The notes beneath the pieces are model-generated. The model made no database searches. It was given only the letters and a program-made list of their open reading frames with translations, and was not told the origin of the DNA. 64,000 bases of DNA from the human T2T-CHM13v2.0 reference genome, Homo sapiens. Shown piece after piece: positions 1 to 15,085 of this stretch. The DNA lies in NCBI RefSeq assembly GCF_009914755.1, contig NC_060947.1; one strand, 5' to 3'. A program made the translations under genes and the position numbers. The stretch's first letter is position 1. The number at the start of each line of letters is the position of its first letter.

Positions 1-2701
<2,701 letters not shown>

Positions 2702-2744
2702 GACAATGCAACTTTTAGAATTGAAAAAAACACAACAAAAAAAA

Positions 2745-3960
2745 GAAAATACAAATCACCAAAATTTAATTCACAGAAATTGTGAACCAGGAAAGACCAA
2801 TATTCATGGAAGAAATTAAGAAGTTTATCAAGGCTATTCAAGTGGATGGAGAACAGATGATTTGGCAGTATTTGTTTTCTAAGGGATAAAAAAAAAAGGA
2901 ATCTTGAAAATATTTAAAAGATGTTTCATGAAGAAATGAAATCGCCCAAATATATTTTTATACACATTTATGTACATACAAAACATCATAAAAATGTGTA
3001 TTAAAAATTAACGTACTATGCATGAAATGCAGGGATATTTAAGCATGCTAATACAATTACCATATTGTACATCACGTATAAAATCTATTATGGTATCAAT
3101 AATTACTTGACCTGACAAATTTCAACATACGTTTTTAAATGAAACCAACACAACAAGCTAAAAATAATAATATAACATGAGTTCATGGAATCTTCCCTGG
3201 CATGATGAAAAAAATATCTCTAACACAAGAGTAAGCACTAGAAGACGTTACATTAAATCAGAAATAAGACAATGATGCAGTTATCATCAATGTTTCAAAC
3301 TGTTGCTCTGAAAGTATTCACCAATGTAATTAAATAAGAGGAAGAAATTAGAAGCATACATATGGGAAAGGCAGAAGTAAAACAATCACTCCAGGTAGCA
3401 TTCTTTTGTATTTGTAAAACTGTTAGATCGAGGCAGGAATATTATAAAGAGGCTAAGTATAAAATTCAATACAAAAAAGTATTAACTTTCCTGTACGTAA
3501 ACATTAACAAATTAGAGTACATAATGGGGAAGAAAATCCCATTTATAGTGACAGCAAATTGAGAAAAATACCTGTAACATATATAGGTATGTTTGTTACA
3601 TGTATGTTCTATATATGGTTATCATATATGTCATCTGTTATACATAAAATATATAATATACATATGCAACTGATGGAAGAAAAATTAAAATTCCACTGAA
3701 GGACTAATTATAAAAAATTATAAATGGATTTTATCTTTAATAGCTAGTTTTGATACTATAACAATTTTAAGTATTTAGGAATCAATATAAATTCAATACA
3801 GTATCAGTTAATATATAGAATTTTTAAAAGTATGATACAAAGCATTCTAAATTTCATTGTAGTAATTTGGACTCTGGCATATGATTACTTATAAAATCTG
3901 GAAAGATAATAAAATGTGGAAAATATTTTAAAATACAGAATAAAAAAAGAAATATAATGA
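2745..3960 (+). mobile_element. Ancient L1M (L1ME-like) ORF2 RT-region fragment
   Basis: ORF 3362-3562 (GKAEVKQSL...YKIQYKKVLTFLYVNINKLE..IPFIVTA) is a degenerate match to ORF2p GKEEVKLSL...[22 protein letters not shown]. Confidence 0.8.
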
Positions 3961-4014
3961 CCTCTTTGTCATATTCCAGATAACCCCAAGGTTTTCTCTG
4001 CATTTTATCAAATG

Positions 4015-4535
4015 GGAGAGTAAATGAAACACTCCAGTGAAATATTATTGCCAATTTCCAAAGGAACACACAATCGGCTAAAAATACACAGTTTAACCAT
4101 GGTTGCATAGAAGATTACCTTTATGCATTTTCTCATTAAGTTCTTGTATTTGCCTTTCTCTTTTCTAACTTCTTGAGATTTGGCTTTGTGTTCAAGAATT
4201 TCTTTGCTGCTTTAGCCTCTGATATTAGCCCTGTGCTGTGGTGAATAACATGGACAGTTACCCTGTTAACATTCTCATGCTGTACCCTCTTTATGTGGAT
4301 ACAAATTCTTTCTGTAAGCCAGACTTGCCCATTATCTCCCCTTTTAGTATCCTCAAACCACCTAGAACTTCTCTTGTGGATAGGTATGGAGTGGTCATTA
4401 GAGCCCTGCCACAGCTCTTTAAAAAACTGGAAGGACAGGATCTTTCTGTGCCTGGGTGAAAGCACACTGAAGTGGTGCTTGCTGTTCTTTCTGCTGTCTG
4501 AGGTCACCAAGGGATGGAAATTTATGGTGACCAGC
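4015..4535 (-). pseudogene. Processed pseudogene of ribosomal protein uL24 (RPL26 family, most like RPL26L1)
   Basis: Minus strand reads ATA(dead ATG, 4525-4523)-NFHPLVTSDSRKNSKHHF...RKILS...KELWQ..N.HSIPIHK...IHIKRVQHEN.N..TVHV, matching RPL26 MKFNPFVTSDRSKNRKRHF...RKIMS..KELRQKYNVRSMPIRK...IYIERVQREKANGTTVHV. Intronless and frameshifted. Confidence 0.9.
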
Positions 4536-4721
4536 TACCAAGGGCACGAAGAGCTTGGTATTGTGACCAGTTTTGACTTATTCAAGGATTGCAATGTTTT
4601 ATTTTGTAACACAGAATTCAATTTTATCAACTTTTACCGTGTCAAGACATTTATGTTTTCTTATTTTAACTCTTAATATGGTTAATCACACAAATTGATA
4701 GTATAGTATTATATCAACATC

Positions 4722-4845
4722 TTTTAGTAGAGACAGGGGTTTCACCATGTTGGAGAGGCTGGTCTTGAACTCCTGACCTCAAGGGATCTGCCTCCCTCGG
4801 CCTCCCAAAGTGCTGAATTACAGGCATGAGTCACCATGCCTGGCC
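4722..4845 (-). mobile_element. Alu (AluS-like), left monomer only
   Basis: 'ttttagtagagacaggggtttcaccatgttgg...cctcccaaagtgctg..ttacaggcatgagtcaccatgcctggcc'; right arm and tail absent. Confidence 0.92.
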
Positions 4846-5559
4846 AAATTCTCATGTTATTATTTCTTTTTGTTATTTAGAATTTGCATCCTTGAACTTT
4901 TTCATTGTCAATAGGAGGAACAAGTAAAACCACGGAAGCATGAAGATGTCTTGGTTTTGAAAACACCATGGTGTTAGGAAAAGAATTGATCAGGAAAGTA
5001 AGTACATAAGATTAAAATCAGTTGTTTTTAAAGTTATTTAAAATTTCCTTTTAGACCACAGACACATAGTCTCTTATGGGTGACGATCTCACTCCCTTCA
5101 GAATGGGAGTTTCCAGAAGAAATCAAGTGTATTTTCTGCAATTTATTTAATTGCCTAGAAATGTAATTGAGAAAATTATCTGACAGAACCAGCAGTGCCT
5201 TGGTTTCATATAGGAATAGGTAAATCTTCTGCAAATTAACCTACTTGCACAGAAGAATTAATGGACATTTGAAGACTTCTGTAGTAACACTTTTAATTTA
5301 GTCCAGCTATCTATACCAAAGCAATTTGGAGATAATTTCAGAAATTTTATTCAAATAAATGAAGGTTCAACTGGTTATCATTTGTGTGATAAATCCCATC
5401 ACCAGAATGCTACTCATTTCGACTTGCTTCCTTAATAATCACGTATCACTTTATTAATATTCATTCATTCATTTGTTACATGCTGGGGAGAATAAAATGA
5501 ATTCTCCTCATTTTAAATAGAATGAGATTGAAGTCCAAAGGAAAATAAATTGTATACAG

Positions 5560-5710
5560 GTTTCATTCATTTATATATTCATTCAGTCCACATTTCTTCA
5601 ATTCTTACTAAAGCCAGGCCCTATCACGGGTACCGATAATAGATGTCAAAGGAGTTACAGTCTACTGTGTAAGAGAGACATATAAAGAAATAATTACAAT
5701 ACAATGTGTA
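5560..5710 (-). mobile_element. L2 3'-end fragment
   Basis: 'ttcattcatt...cattcagtcc...ggagttacagtcta...aaataattacaatac' resembles the L2 3' end in reverse. Confidence 0.55.
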
Positions 5711-5844
5711 CAGGCATTTCCAAATTAGGCAGAAATATACCCAGTATTAAAATATTTGGTATCCCAGTCCACAGTATCACTCTTTTTGTTCAAGAGTCTT
5801 TGTGCTCCTTTGTCACCATGTTCTTTCATCTTCCCAACCACTTT

Positions 5845-6380
5845 CCACAGTGATATTTCTAAAGCTCACGTCTTATAATGCTCTCCACTGATGGAAACAC
5901 TAACATTACTTTCCCAACCCTAGGAAAAGGGTATGTTAGGTTACACACAAGACCCAATCTCACTGTTTGTTCAATCATATTCCTTTAATATCTCTCTTGC
6001 TGTTAACCAGCATATTCAGCATTTAAACCATACAAAAAAACCTATCAATTCCCTCTAACTCCCCAAATACTATATTTCTGTGACTTTGAACATACTTCCG
6101 ATCACCTAGAATGTACCTCTTGTACCTACATTGAAGACTCTTTTTTAACTGTTACCTTCTGTTTACGTACCTTTATGTAACCTCTAAGGAGAGAAGTCAC
6201 CACTTCTTTGTCCTCTGATTATATCTTGTTTTACCCCATCATAGGCCTTGTCATACTCTATTCCATTTATTTGTTTACATGCCTGTCTCCTATCAAGTTA
6301 TGACCTCCTTGAAATCATGGGTAATAGCTTATCTTTTTATACACAGTGCCTAAAAATTTGCTGAGATACGATGGATGATT
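5845..6380 (+). mobile_element. L2 3'-end fragment
   Basis: 'ttatttgtttacatgcctgtctcc...ctccttgaa...cacagtgcct...gatggatga' L2 3' signature. Confidence 0.6.
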
Positions 6381-6396
6381 TTTTAAAAAATTGTCA

Positions 6397-6695
<299 letters not shown>

Positions 6696-6780
6696 TTGTC
6701 AAACGATTTCAGTTCCCAACAGGAGTACTATGAGATAGGGAATGAGGTAAATTGACTTTCTGTTTTCCTCCCAATCTAAA

Positions 6781-6856
6781 GCAGTGGATTGCAAAATGTG
6801 GTTTCTGGACTTGTAATATAAATATCATCTGAGAATCTGTTAGAAAGCACTATCTC
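6781..6856 (+). mobile_element. MER5A (hAT-Charlie), left part, split by L1
   Basis: 'gcagtggattgcaaaatgtggtttctggac...atcatctgagaatctgttagaaa'; continues at 7981. Confidence 0.75.
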
Positions 6857-7930
6857 TTTGCCTGGATAAGTAATTTATGACCAAGTTATGAAAATCAAAT
6901 GCAACAGAAACAAAAATTGATCACTGGACCCTAATTAAACTAAAGAGCTTCTGCCCAGCAAAACAAACTATCAACAGAGTAAGCAGACAACCTACGGAAT
7001 GGGAGAAAATATTTGCTAACTATGCATCTGACAAAGGACTAGTATCCAGAACCTATAAGGAACTTGAACAAATTGACAATAAAGAAACAAATAACCCCAT
7101 TAAAAAGTAAGCAAAGAATATGAACAGACAGTTCTCAAAAGAAGACATACAAGCAGACAACAAACATGAAAAATGTTCAACATCACTAATCATCAGAGAA
7201 ATGCAAATCAAAACCACAATGAGATACCATCTCACACCAGTCAGAATGGCTATTAAAAAGTCAAAAAATAATGGATGTTGGTGAGGTTGCAGAGAAGAGG
7301 GAATGCTTATACACTATTGATGGGAATGCAAATTAGTGCAGCCTCTATGGACAACAGTATGGAAATTTTTCAGATAACTAAAAATAGAACTACCATTTGT
7401 CCCAGCAATGCCATTACTGGGTATATACCCAAAGGAAAATAAATTGTTCTACGAAAAAGACACTTGCACTCATATGTTTATTGCATTGCTATTCACAATA
7501 GCAAAGACATGGAATCAACCCAAGTACCCATCAACAGTGGACTGGAAAAGGAAATTGTGGTATGTATATAAGTTGGAATACTACATAGCCATAAAAAAGA
7601 ATGGAATAATATTCTTTGCAGCAACATGGATGAAGCCGGAGGCTATTACCCTAAGTGAACTAATGCAGGAACAGAAAGCCAAATACCGCTTATTCTCACT
7701 TATAGGTGGGACTTAAACACTGGGTACACACGGACACAAATATGGGAATAAACACTAGAGATTCCAAAAGTGATTGAGGGCAGGGGGTTGAAAAACTTCT
7801 TATCAAATACAGTGTTCACTAATTGGGTGACAGGATAATTAGAAGCCCAAACGTCAGCATCATCACCTAATATACCCATGTAACAAACATGCACATGTAC
7901 TCCTGAATTTAAAATAAAAAAGAATAAATT
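6857..7930 (+). mobile_element. 5'-truncated L1 (L1PA15-16/L1PB-like), inserted in MER5A
   Basis: ORF2 C-terminal remnant (7408-7716 [11 protein letters not shown]...FSLIGG); 3' end 'tatacccatgtaacaaacatgcacatgtactcctgaatttaaaataaaa'; TSD aaagcactatctc (6844-6856) / aaagcattgtctc (7981-7993). Confidence 0.92.
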
Positions 7931-7980
7931 TTCAACAATAAGACAGAACTAACTTGGTTTGAAAATAAACAAAAGAAAGA

Positions 7981-8116
7981 AAAGCATTGTCTCAAGACCT
8001 GCTCCATCCTTCCTTCAAGACCTATTAAATCAGAATCTCTGGGGGATAAGGCCCAAAATTTAGTGTATTTACAAGTCCTCCAGGTGATACTTATATGGAC
8101 TAAATGTTGAGAACTA
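7981..8116 (+). mobile_element. MER5A right part
   Basis: 'agacctattaaatcagaatctctgggg...ggccc...tttacaagtcctccaggtgat...aaatgttgagaact'. Confidence 0.8.
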
Positions 8117-8324
8117 ACAGGTTCCCGCAAAAGGAAAATTCATGTTTTAATTGCACTCAGAAGTCTGCAGAAGATAGGAGAGAGGGACCACGGCAGCACA
8201 TCCAAATGAATGATGGAAAAAGAGACCAGGCCCTCCTGGTTGGAGGTAATTCCCTGACTTCCTTTGTGAGAAAGGATTGGGGATCAATGGTAGACTCATA
8301 CCTACCACAGTATCTGCAACATTC

Positions 8325-8499
8325 GAATAGTGTAGTATAGCCAAGTTGTCAAGGGAACGGGTTTTGGTGTTCAAAACAATGAGATTCTGTCCTGGCTTCC
8401 CTGTTATCAGCTGTGTCATCTGAGCTTCAGGACTCTTATCTAAAAAATAGGAGTAACAATATATCTGTCACTATGGATTTGTTTTAATAATAAATGATA
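8325..8499 (+). mobile_element. MIR
   Basis: Degenerate MIR core: 'cagctgtgtcatc...cttatctaaaaaataggagtaacaat'. Confidence 0.6.
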
Positions 8500-8980
8500 G
8501 ATGTCATTTGCAAAAACGTGGATGGAACTGGAGGTCATTATGTTAAGTGAAATAAGTCAGGCAGAGAAAGACAAACACCGCATGTTGTCACTTATTTGTG
8601 GTATCCAAACATCAAAACAAGTGAACCCATGGAGTGGAAGGATGGTTATCAGAGGCTGGGAAACCTCTAGTCGGGGGTTGAGGGTTGGGGGGAGGTGGGG
8701 ATGGTTAATGGTTATAAAAATAATTACAAAGAATATATAAAATCTACCATTTGATAGCACAACAGGGTGACTACAGTCAATAATTTAATTGTACATTTTA
8801 AAATAACTAGAACAGTATAATTGGATTGTTTGTAACACAAAGAATAAATGCTTGAGGGGATAGATACCCCATTCTCCATGGTGTGATCATTACACATTGC
8901 ATGCCTGTATCAAAACATCTAAGGTATACCACAAATATATACACCTACTATATACCAGAAAACTTAAAAAAAATTTAAAA
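8500..8980 (+). mobile_element. L1MA (L1MA1-3-like) 3' end with TSD
   Basis: SFAKTWMELEVIMLSEISQA remnant; 3'UTR 'gataccccattctccatg...tatatacacctactat'; TSD aataataaatgata / aataataaatggta. Confidence 0.9.
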
Positions 8981-9267
8981 ATAATAAATGGTAAAGTTGC
9001 AAGAATGCATCTTGTTTCTAATTGACACAGAGTAGGATTAATTTGGTCAAAATATATTTCATATATCGTATCGTGACCTACTAAAGGACAAAACATAATT
9101 TTGACTAAAAGGATAGAAGAAAGAGCCCCATGTTGCTTCTTCTGTACTTTATTAACAGGCTTCAAGGAATAAAGTGGGAATGGATTTCCTTTACTTCCCA
9201 TCTGCTCACATTGATTTGATTAAGCCTAGTGAGGTTCTAGCAAAAATCTAATTGGAAGAAGTTTAAT

Positions 9268-9485
9268 CATAGTGTAGTATAAAGAGCACTAGGCAGAGTT
9301 TGAGTATCAACTGCCAGTTGATTCGCTGTGAGATCTTGGGGAAGTTACTTCATTTCTCTGATCCCAATATTTCCCCTTGTAAAATGAAGATGAAATGATG
9401 CATCCATTCTCCTTCAGAGGGTTACGTGAGATGCAAATGTACATGAATAGGCTTTTTAAAATGTGCAAATATTAGCTATTAGCTA
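9268..9485 (+). mobile_element. MIR
   Basis: 'gctgtgagatcttggggaagttacttcatttctctg...tgtaaaatgaagatg'. Confidence 0.7.
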
Positions 9486-10068
9486 TTCCCAGTTGCTCTA
9501 TTGGGGAGTATTTCTTCATATTTTACCATAAGGTTCACATTAGCCTGCCTGAATCCTGACTGCTTTAACTTACTTGTACGTATCTGTGGATGCATCTTGG
9601 TTTTGATCTGTAATAGATTCATGCACAGAGTAAACACCATAACCATCACCTTGCTTTGCTATATAATCAGACATTTTATTTTTGCCCTGTTAGAGAAATG
9701 GAAATTCCTTATGGTCTCAAATTGCCTACTGATGAGTGAACTGCATTTCTCCCCCAACATTTATAGCCCTTAAGAAATGGAGACACCAGGTATAGTGTTT
9801 ATTACAAGAGGCATTAATAATAGCCTGCTGAATAAAGGCTGTCTGTGGTATGTCAAGTGCTTCTAGAATACTGTGCCTCACAGTTCAGCAAATAAAGCCA
9901 ACCTAAAAAGCAGGTGGTGAATCCTAATTCAGGGAAAGATGTATGCTGTAACAGGTTGTTCTTAGAGCTAAGGAAAGTCTTTATCATCTGTCTGAGCATA
10001 AGGTGTTCTGGTATTTGGGAAATGGGTAAATAAAGAGCTACTATGTAAGTTGTAGAGGGCTGGCCAAT

Positions 10069-10110
10069 TACAAAAATAGGATATAGGACTACAAAAATAG
10101 GATATAGGAC
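10069..10110. repeat. Perfect 21-bp tandem duplication
   Basis: tacaaaaataggatataggac x2. Confidence 0.95.
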
Positions 10111-10139
10111 ATGAATTAGCATTAAAATTGTATAAAGGC

Positions 10140-10380
10140 AGCACCAGGTACAAGATTGGTTTAGAATATGACACGGATAGATTCAATTCCTAGTTTTCTT
10201 ACCTACTGTGTAGGTTAGGTAAAGTCATAGAAATATCTGAACCTCTATTTTCTTATCTATTAAGTGAGGATCATAATTTCTTTTCCAAGAAGCTGTTGCA
10301 GGAATATAGTGAGAGGTTACATGTGAAAGTATTTATCTCAGTGCCTGACCCAGAGAAGGTACTAACAAATTGTTTTTATT
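10140..10380 (+). mobile_element. MIR
   Basis: 'tctgaacctctattttcttatcta...gttgcagga...tgtgaaagta...cagtgcctgac...aacaaattgtt'. Confidence 0.7.
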
Positions 10381-10596
10381 ACTTTTCTTGTATATATTTT
10401 ATCTTTCTTTTCCTTTTCTTGCTCTCCTTTTCTTCATATTTCCTTTTATCTTTCCTAGGACTCAAGTCATCCTTTATTTGAGGATTTGAAAGGCATTTGA
10501 GGACTTATACACTGACTCCGAACTAGCTTGGTGCAGCTTTTATTATAATTGTAGTAGTTGTGAAAATGACTCTTTAATAGATATTTCTGGATATTA

Positions 10597-11168
<572 letters not shown>

Positions 11169-11819
11169 TTATAACTCACTGAATACAAACTCATGAGTTC
11201 ATACAAATATGAATAAATGATATAGAAAAAAATGGGAGAAGGGAAGGCTCTTTGTTACAGTAGAATTCCAATGAATGAATGCAGAAGAAATGATGGAATT
11301 AGGAAATTATCATTTGGTAAATATCATAACCAATAATTAATTCAGTCAACAGTCATTATGCTAAAACTAGTGGGTGAACGTTTGCTGTGGGAATAGGGTA
11401 TTTATGCCCTCCACAAAACACTTATTAATTATAAAAGGAAAAATAGTAACTTTACAGTGGAGAAACCTGGTGGACACCACCTCCACTAAATGATCAAAGT
11501 TAATGTTACCAGTAATGAAACAAACTGACACGACAGCCTCCTGATATGAGGCTCTGGAGTACACAAACTCCCTTCTGTGGTATTCCTACCAATAAATGCA
11601 CAAGCTGAATCTAATCATGAGGAAACATCAGACTGCTCCCATTTGAAAAAATAGGCATCAAAATAACTGGTCTGTGTTCTTTAAAAATGTCAATGTCATG
11701 AAAGAGAAGAACTGAGGAACTCTTCCAGAGTAAAGGAGACCAAAGAGACATGACACCTAAAAGAAACACACGATCCTTGATTTATTGACTCCTAGAAGAA
11801 AAAAATACATACATACAAG

Positions 11820-11827
<8 letters not shown>

Positions 11828-11860
<33 letters not shown>
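11828..11860. repeat. (TG)~16 microsatellite
   Basis: Uninterrupted TG run. Confidence 0.97.
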
Positions 11861-11862
<2 letters not shown>

Positions 11863-12197
11863 ATAATCTTTGTTAAGTTTCTGATTTTGGTAATTATAGT
11901 GCAAGCATATGAGAGAATATCCTTGTCTTCCTAGAAATAAACCCTGAAGTATTTAGAGATAATGGGGCATCACGCTGGAAACTTACTCTCAACTGATTTA
12001 GAAGAAAAATTATAGATGTAGTTACAAAATTATAGATGTATCCATCTTCTATCTATCTATCTATTGAGAGGAATATTGATACAGCAAATATGATAAAAAT
12101 ATTAACAATTGAAGAACCTAGATTAGGACATATGGAAATTCTTTATACTATTCTTGCAGTTCTTCAAAATTATATCAAAATAAAAAGTTAAAAATAT

Positions 12198-12455
12198 TGT
12201 AAGAACAGAGCAGCTTGACAATTGACAGATTTTGACTCGAGCCTTGGCTCCACTCATTAGCTGTGCGACAGTGGGAATCTTACCTAAATTCTCCATGCTC
12301 AAGTTTTCTCCTATGTAAATGAAGAAAATAATACTATCTCCTGGGGTCATTAAAAGGATGAAATGAAATTAATCAAGCTAGCTGCTTACCACTGTGTCTA
12401 AAATGTATGAGGCACTCAATAAATTGCAGCTATTGCTGTCATTATTATTGTCATA
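12198..12455 (+). mobile_element. MIR
   Basis: 'ggctccactcattagctgtgcgac...tgtaaatgaagaaaataatac...ggatgaaatga...ggcactcaataaattgcagctatt'. Confidence 0.8.
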
Positions 12456-14974
12456 TTAGAGACCTAAAACAAATTTAGCACATCATTCTCTTTGAGGAGC
12501 TTTCTTTAGAACTCCTCCTTGTATTCATAGGCTGTTATATCTACCTTTATTTTACTACCAGTTAATACTGTGTTGTAATGTGTTTGTATGTCCATCTTTA
12601 TCACTATGTAGGCAGTTTCTTGAGGGTGGCAAACCTGTCTTTTCATCTTTGTGGCCCTTGTGCCTTGGGTACAGCTGAGCCTGATATAGGTGCTCTATGA
12701 CTGTGGTTGACTAAACGGTGGTAAGGAGAAGCACTAGTAGAGCAGGTAATTCCTATAAATCTGAATACATAAGATGATGCTAGTTTATCTGCACCAAGCA
12801 AATGTTTCGTACATTCTGTAAGGCTACATACATCACCTGTAATAATGATTGAATTTGAGACTCTCGACTCATTAGGATAACCGACTACAGATGATTGGTT
12901 TTGAGTCATGAAAGGATGCAAATGAGTGGATGTATCACAAGTATTGTCCTTTGGAATTTGGCAGCCTGGACTTGGAAAATTACTCACTGAGATGCTCAAG
13001 CCATCATGATCAGTTGTAATTCAAGACAAATGAGAACAAAGAGTGTTTACCTACTGCTCACGAGAAAAATTTCAATTTCTTAGCTTCTTCTCAGCCCAAC
13101 ATACAAAAATTTGTGCCAGATTATAGTGCAGTTTTGCAGAGCAGACAGATGGGTCTATTACAAAATAATTTATTTAAATTCTTGCCTTGCTTCATCCAAG
13201 GTACCCATTTCCACACTAATATTATTGGCATTCTTTAATTTGCCTTTCTTTTCATCTTTAATTACTGTGTTTTGCTTCTCTCTGAGATCCATTAAAGTAT
13301 CACCCAGTGATGGAATTCGAATGAATTTTTCCTAACTGATTTATGTTCAGGGATGATTTTTCTTCTTCTTTAGATTATTTGAAAGTTTCTCTGCATTTGC
13401 TCAAGAATTAAAATGCCCTTCCAATACCCTTTTTCATTTTGAGACATATCCACTGACAACATTCCCCATAATAATATTTCTGTGGTCTTTGGAAGTCATT
13501 CAATTTGAAGGAAGACTAAAAATGGTCAAATGTTTGTGCACCTAAATAGGGTAAATGCCTCTAAAATAAATATTAACTTCATTTTTACTTGACATATTTA
13601 CATAGCTGCTTGAAATTGTTTTGCCTCCCTTTTCAAAACTGACAAAGAGCCCTTTAGGGAGATATTTGTAAGGGATAACATTTAATGCCAAGTATCAAAG
13701 ATCTTTGGATGTGTTTATGTTTGTTGTATGTTATTTCTTATACATGCAAAACATAGTATACGTGCCCGTATAAGAAAATAATCTATGGTTATGTTTTATT
13801 TTAATGAAGAGCCAACAGAAACTCAGAAAAGAATGATATAAATAATGCATAAATCATTGAGACATAAGAAATCTTGAAGTATTGGTTTGGTTGGATATTA
13901 GAGATACATGGAAATAGTCCATCACTAGTTTAGGGTTCTCAATACTCTAATCACCATTTCTTGTCCAGGCTTTAAAATAATCAATACCTCAACTGTATCC
14001 TTGTAAAGAGTTTGAAATGTACTCTTATGAATCTTACAAAAGACAAGCAAGTAGCATTCAACACAAATTTATCTCCTTCAGGGCGCTTTTAGCTATCATT
14101 GCTATCATGTGTGTCTGCTGCCTTTTAAATAAGTATTTTTGAATTAAAGGAGAGAATAAAAAGCCCTCAACAATTTCCCTGTTGGGTATCAGTAAACATC
14201 CACGAATCTTTTAAGAAACATCATTAAATAGAGTGACCATTAAGAAATAGAGGGTTTAAGAATGAAAGCGCCTGAACATCATGGCTTCTTCCACAATGCA
14301 GTTCTGTTTCCAACACTGCATTATGACCTCAAAAGGCATCACAATTTTTCAAGTGTCTTACATCGAGATGTAAGTTGAAAGTGCAGTTGGTTGAGAGCTG
14401 CTGGGGAATCAAATTCATTTTGCAAAGTGAGTTTGCAAAGTAAGTCCTAATTCTTATGTGATCCTTTTAGGTTGAACAGAAGTCTACATTTCTTTCCTGT
14501 TAAGTGCAGACCTTAACATATTTAAAAGTTGACTTGAGGAAGTCATGACTATACATAAAAACCATCCTGTGATCTTTGAAAGTCCAAGATCATTCCAAGA
14601 CTGCTGTCATTTTAATAAATTTTTGCAAACTGGAGAAGGAACTACATAAAGGGTGAGCTTGTAAAGATCAAGAAATGTATCAATAAACCCAAAGATATTC
14701 TGAGAAGCATGACAGCCTCCTTGAGTGTTCTTTTCTTTATTTTGCATAGTAGACATTTTCTTGTGTACTATAATGCCTACCAGACTTTCCATCCCGTTTT
14801 TCTCTCAAATGTGAATTACTTAGCTCAGAATTCAGCTTGAGTATCACACGCAAAAACACAGACAGGATTAGAACAGAGATACGCAAAGTCACTTTAAGGC
14901 ACAGACTATTGTTTTTTGGTCAGAACAAGATTGTCTCAAAGAAATATGAAGAAAAAAGTATCCATCGGACAAGA

Positions 14975-15085
14975 AGGTCATTCATTAATTCATTTACTCT
15001 TCAATCACAGTTGAGATTATCTTTGAGCCTTGGGGTATGCTAGGCAGGCACTGGGAATACAAGGAGAAAAAGGAGACACTGAAAA
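14975..15085 (-). mobile_element. L2 3'-end fragment
   Basis: 'tcattcattaattcattt...tatgctaggcaggcactgggaatacaagg'. Confidence 0.55.
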
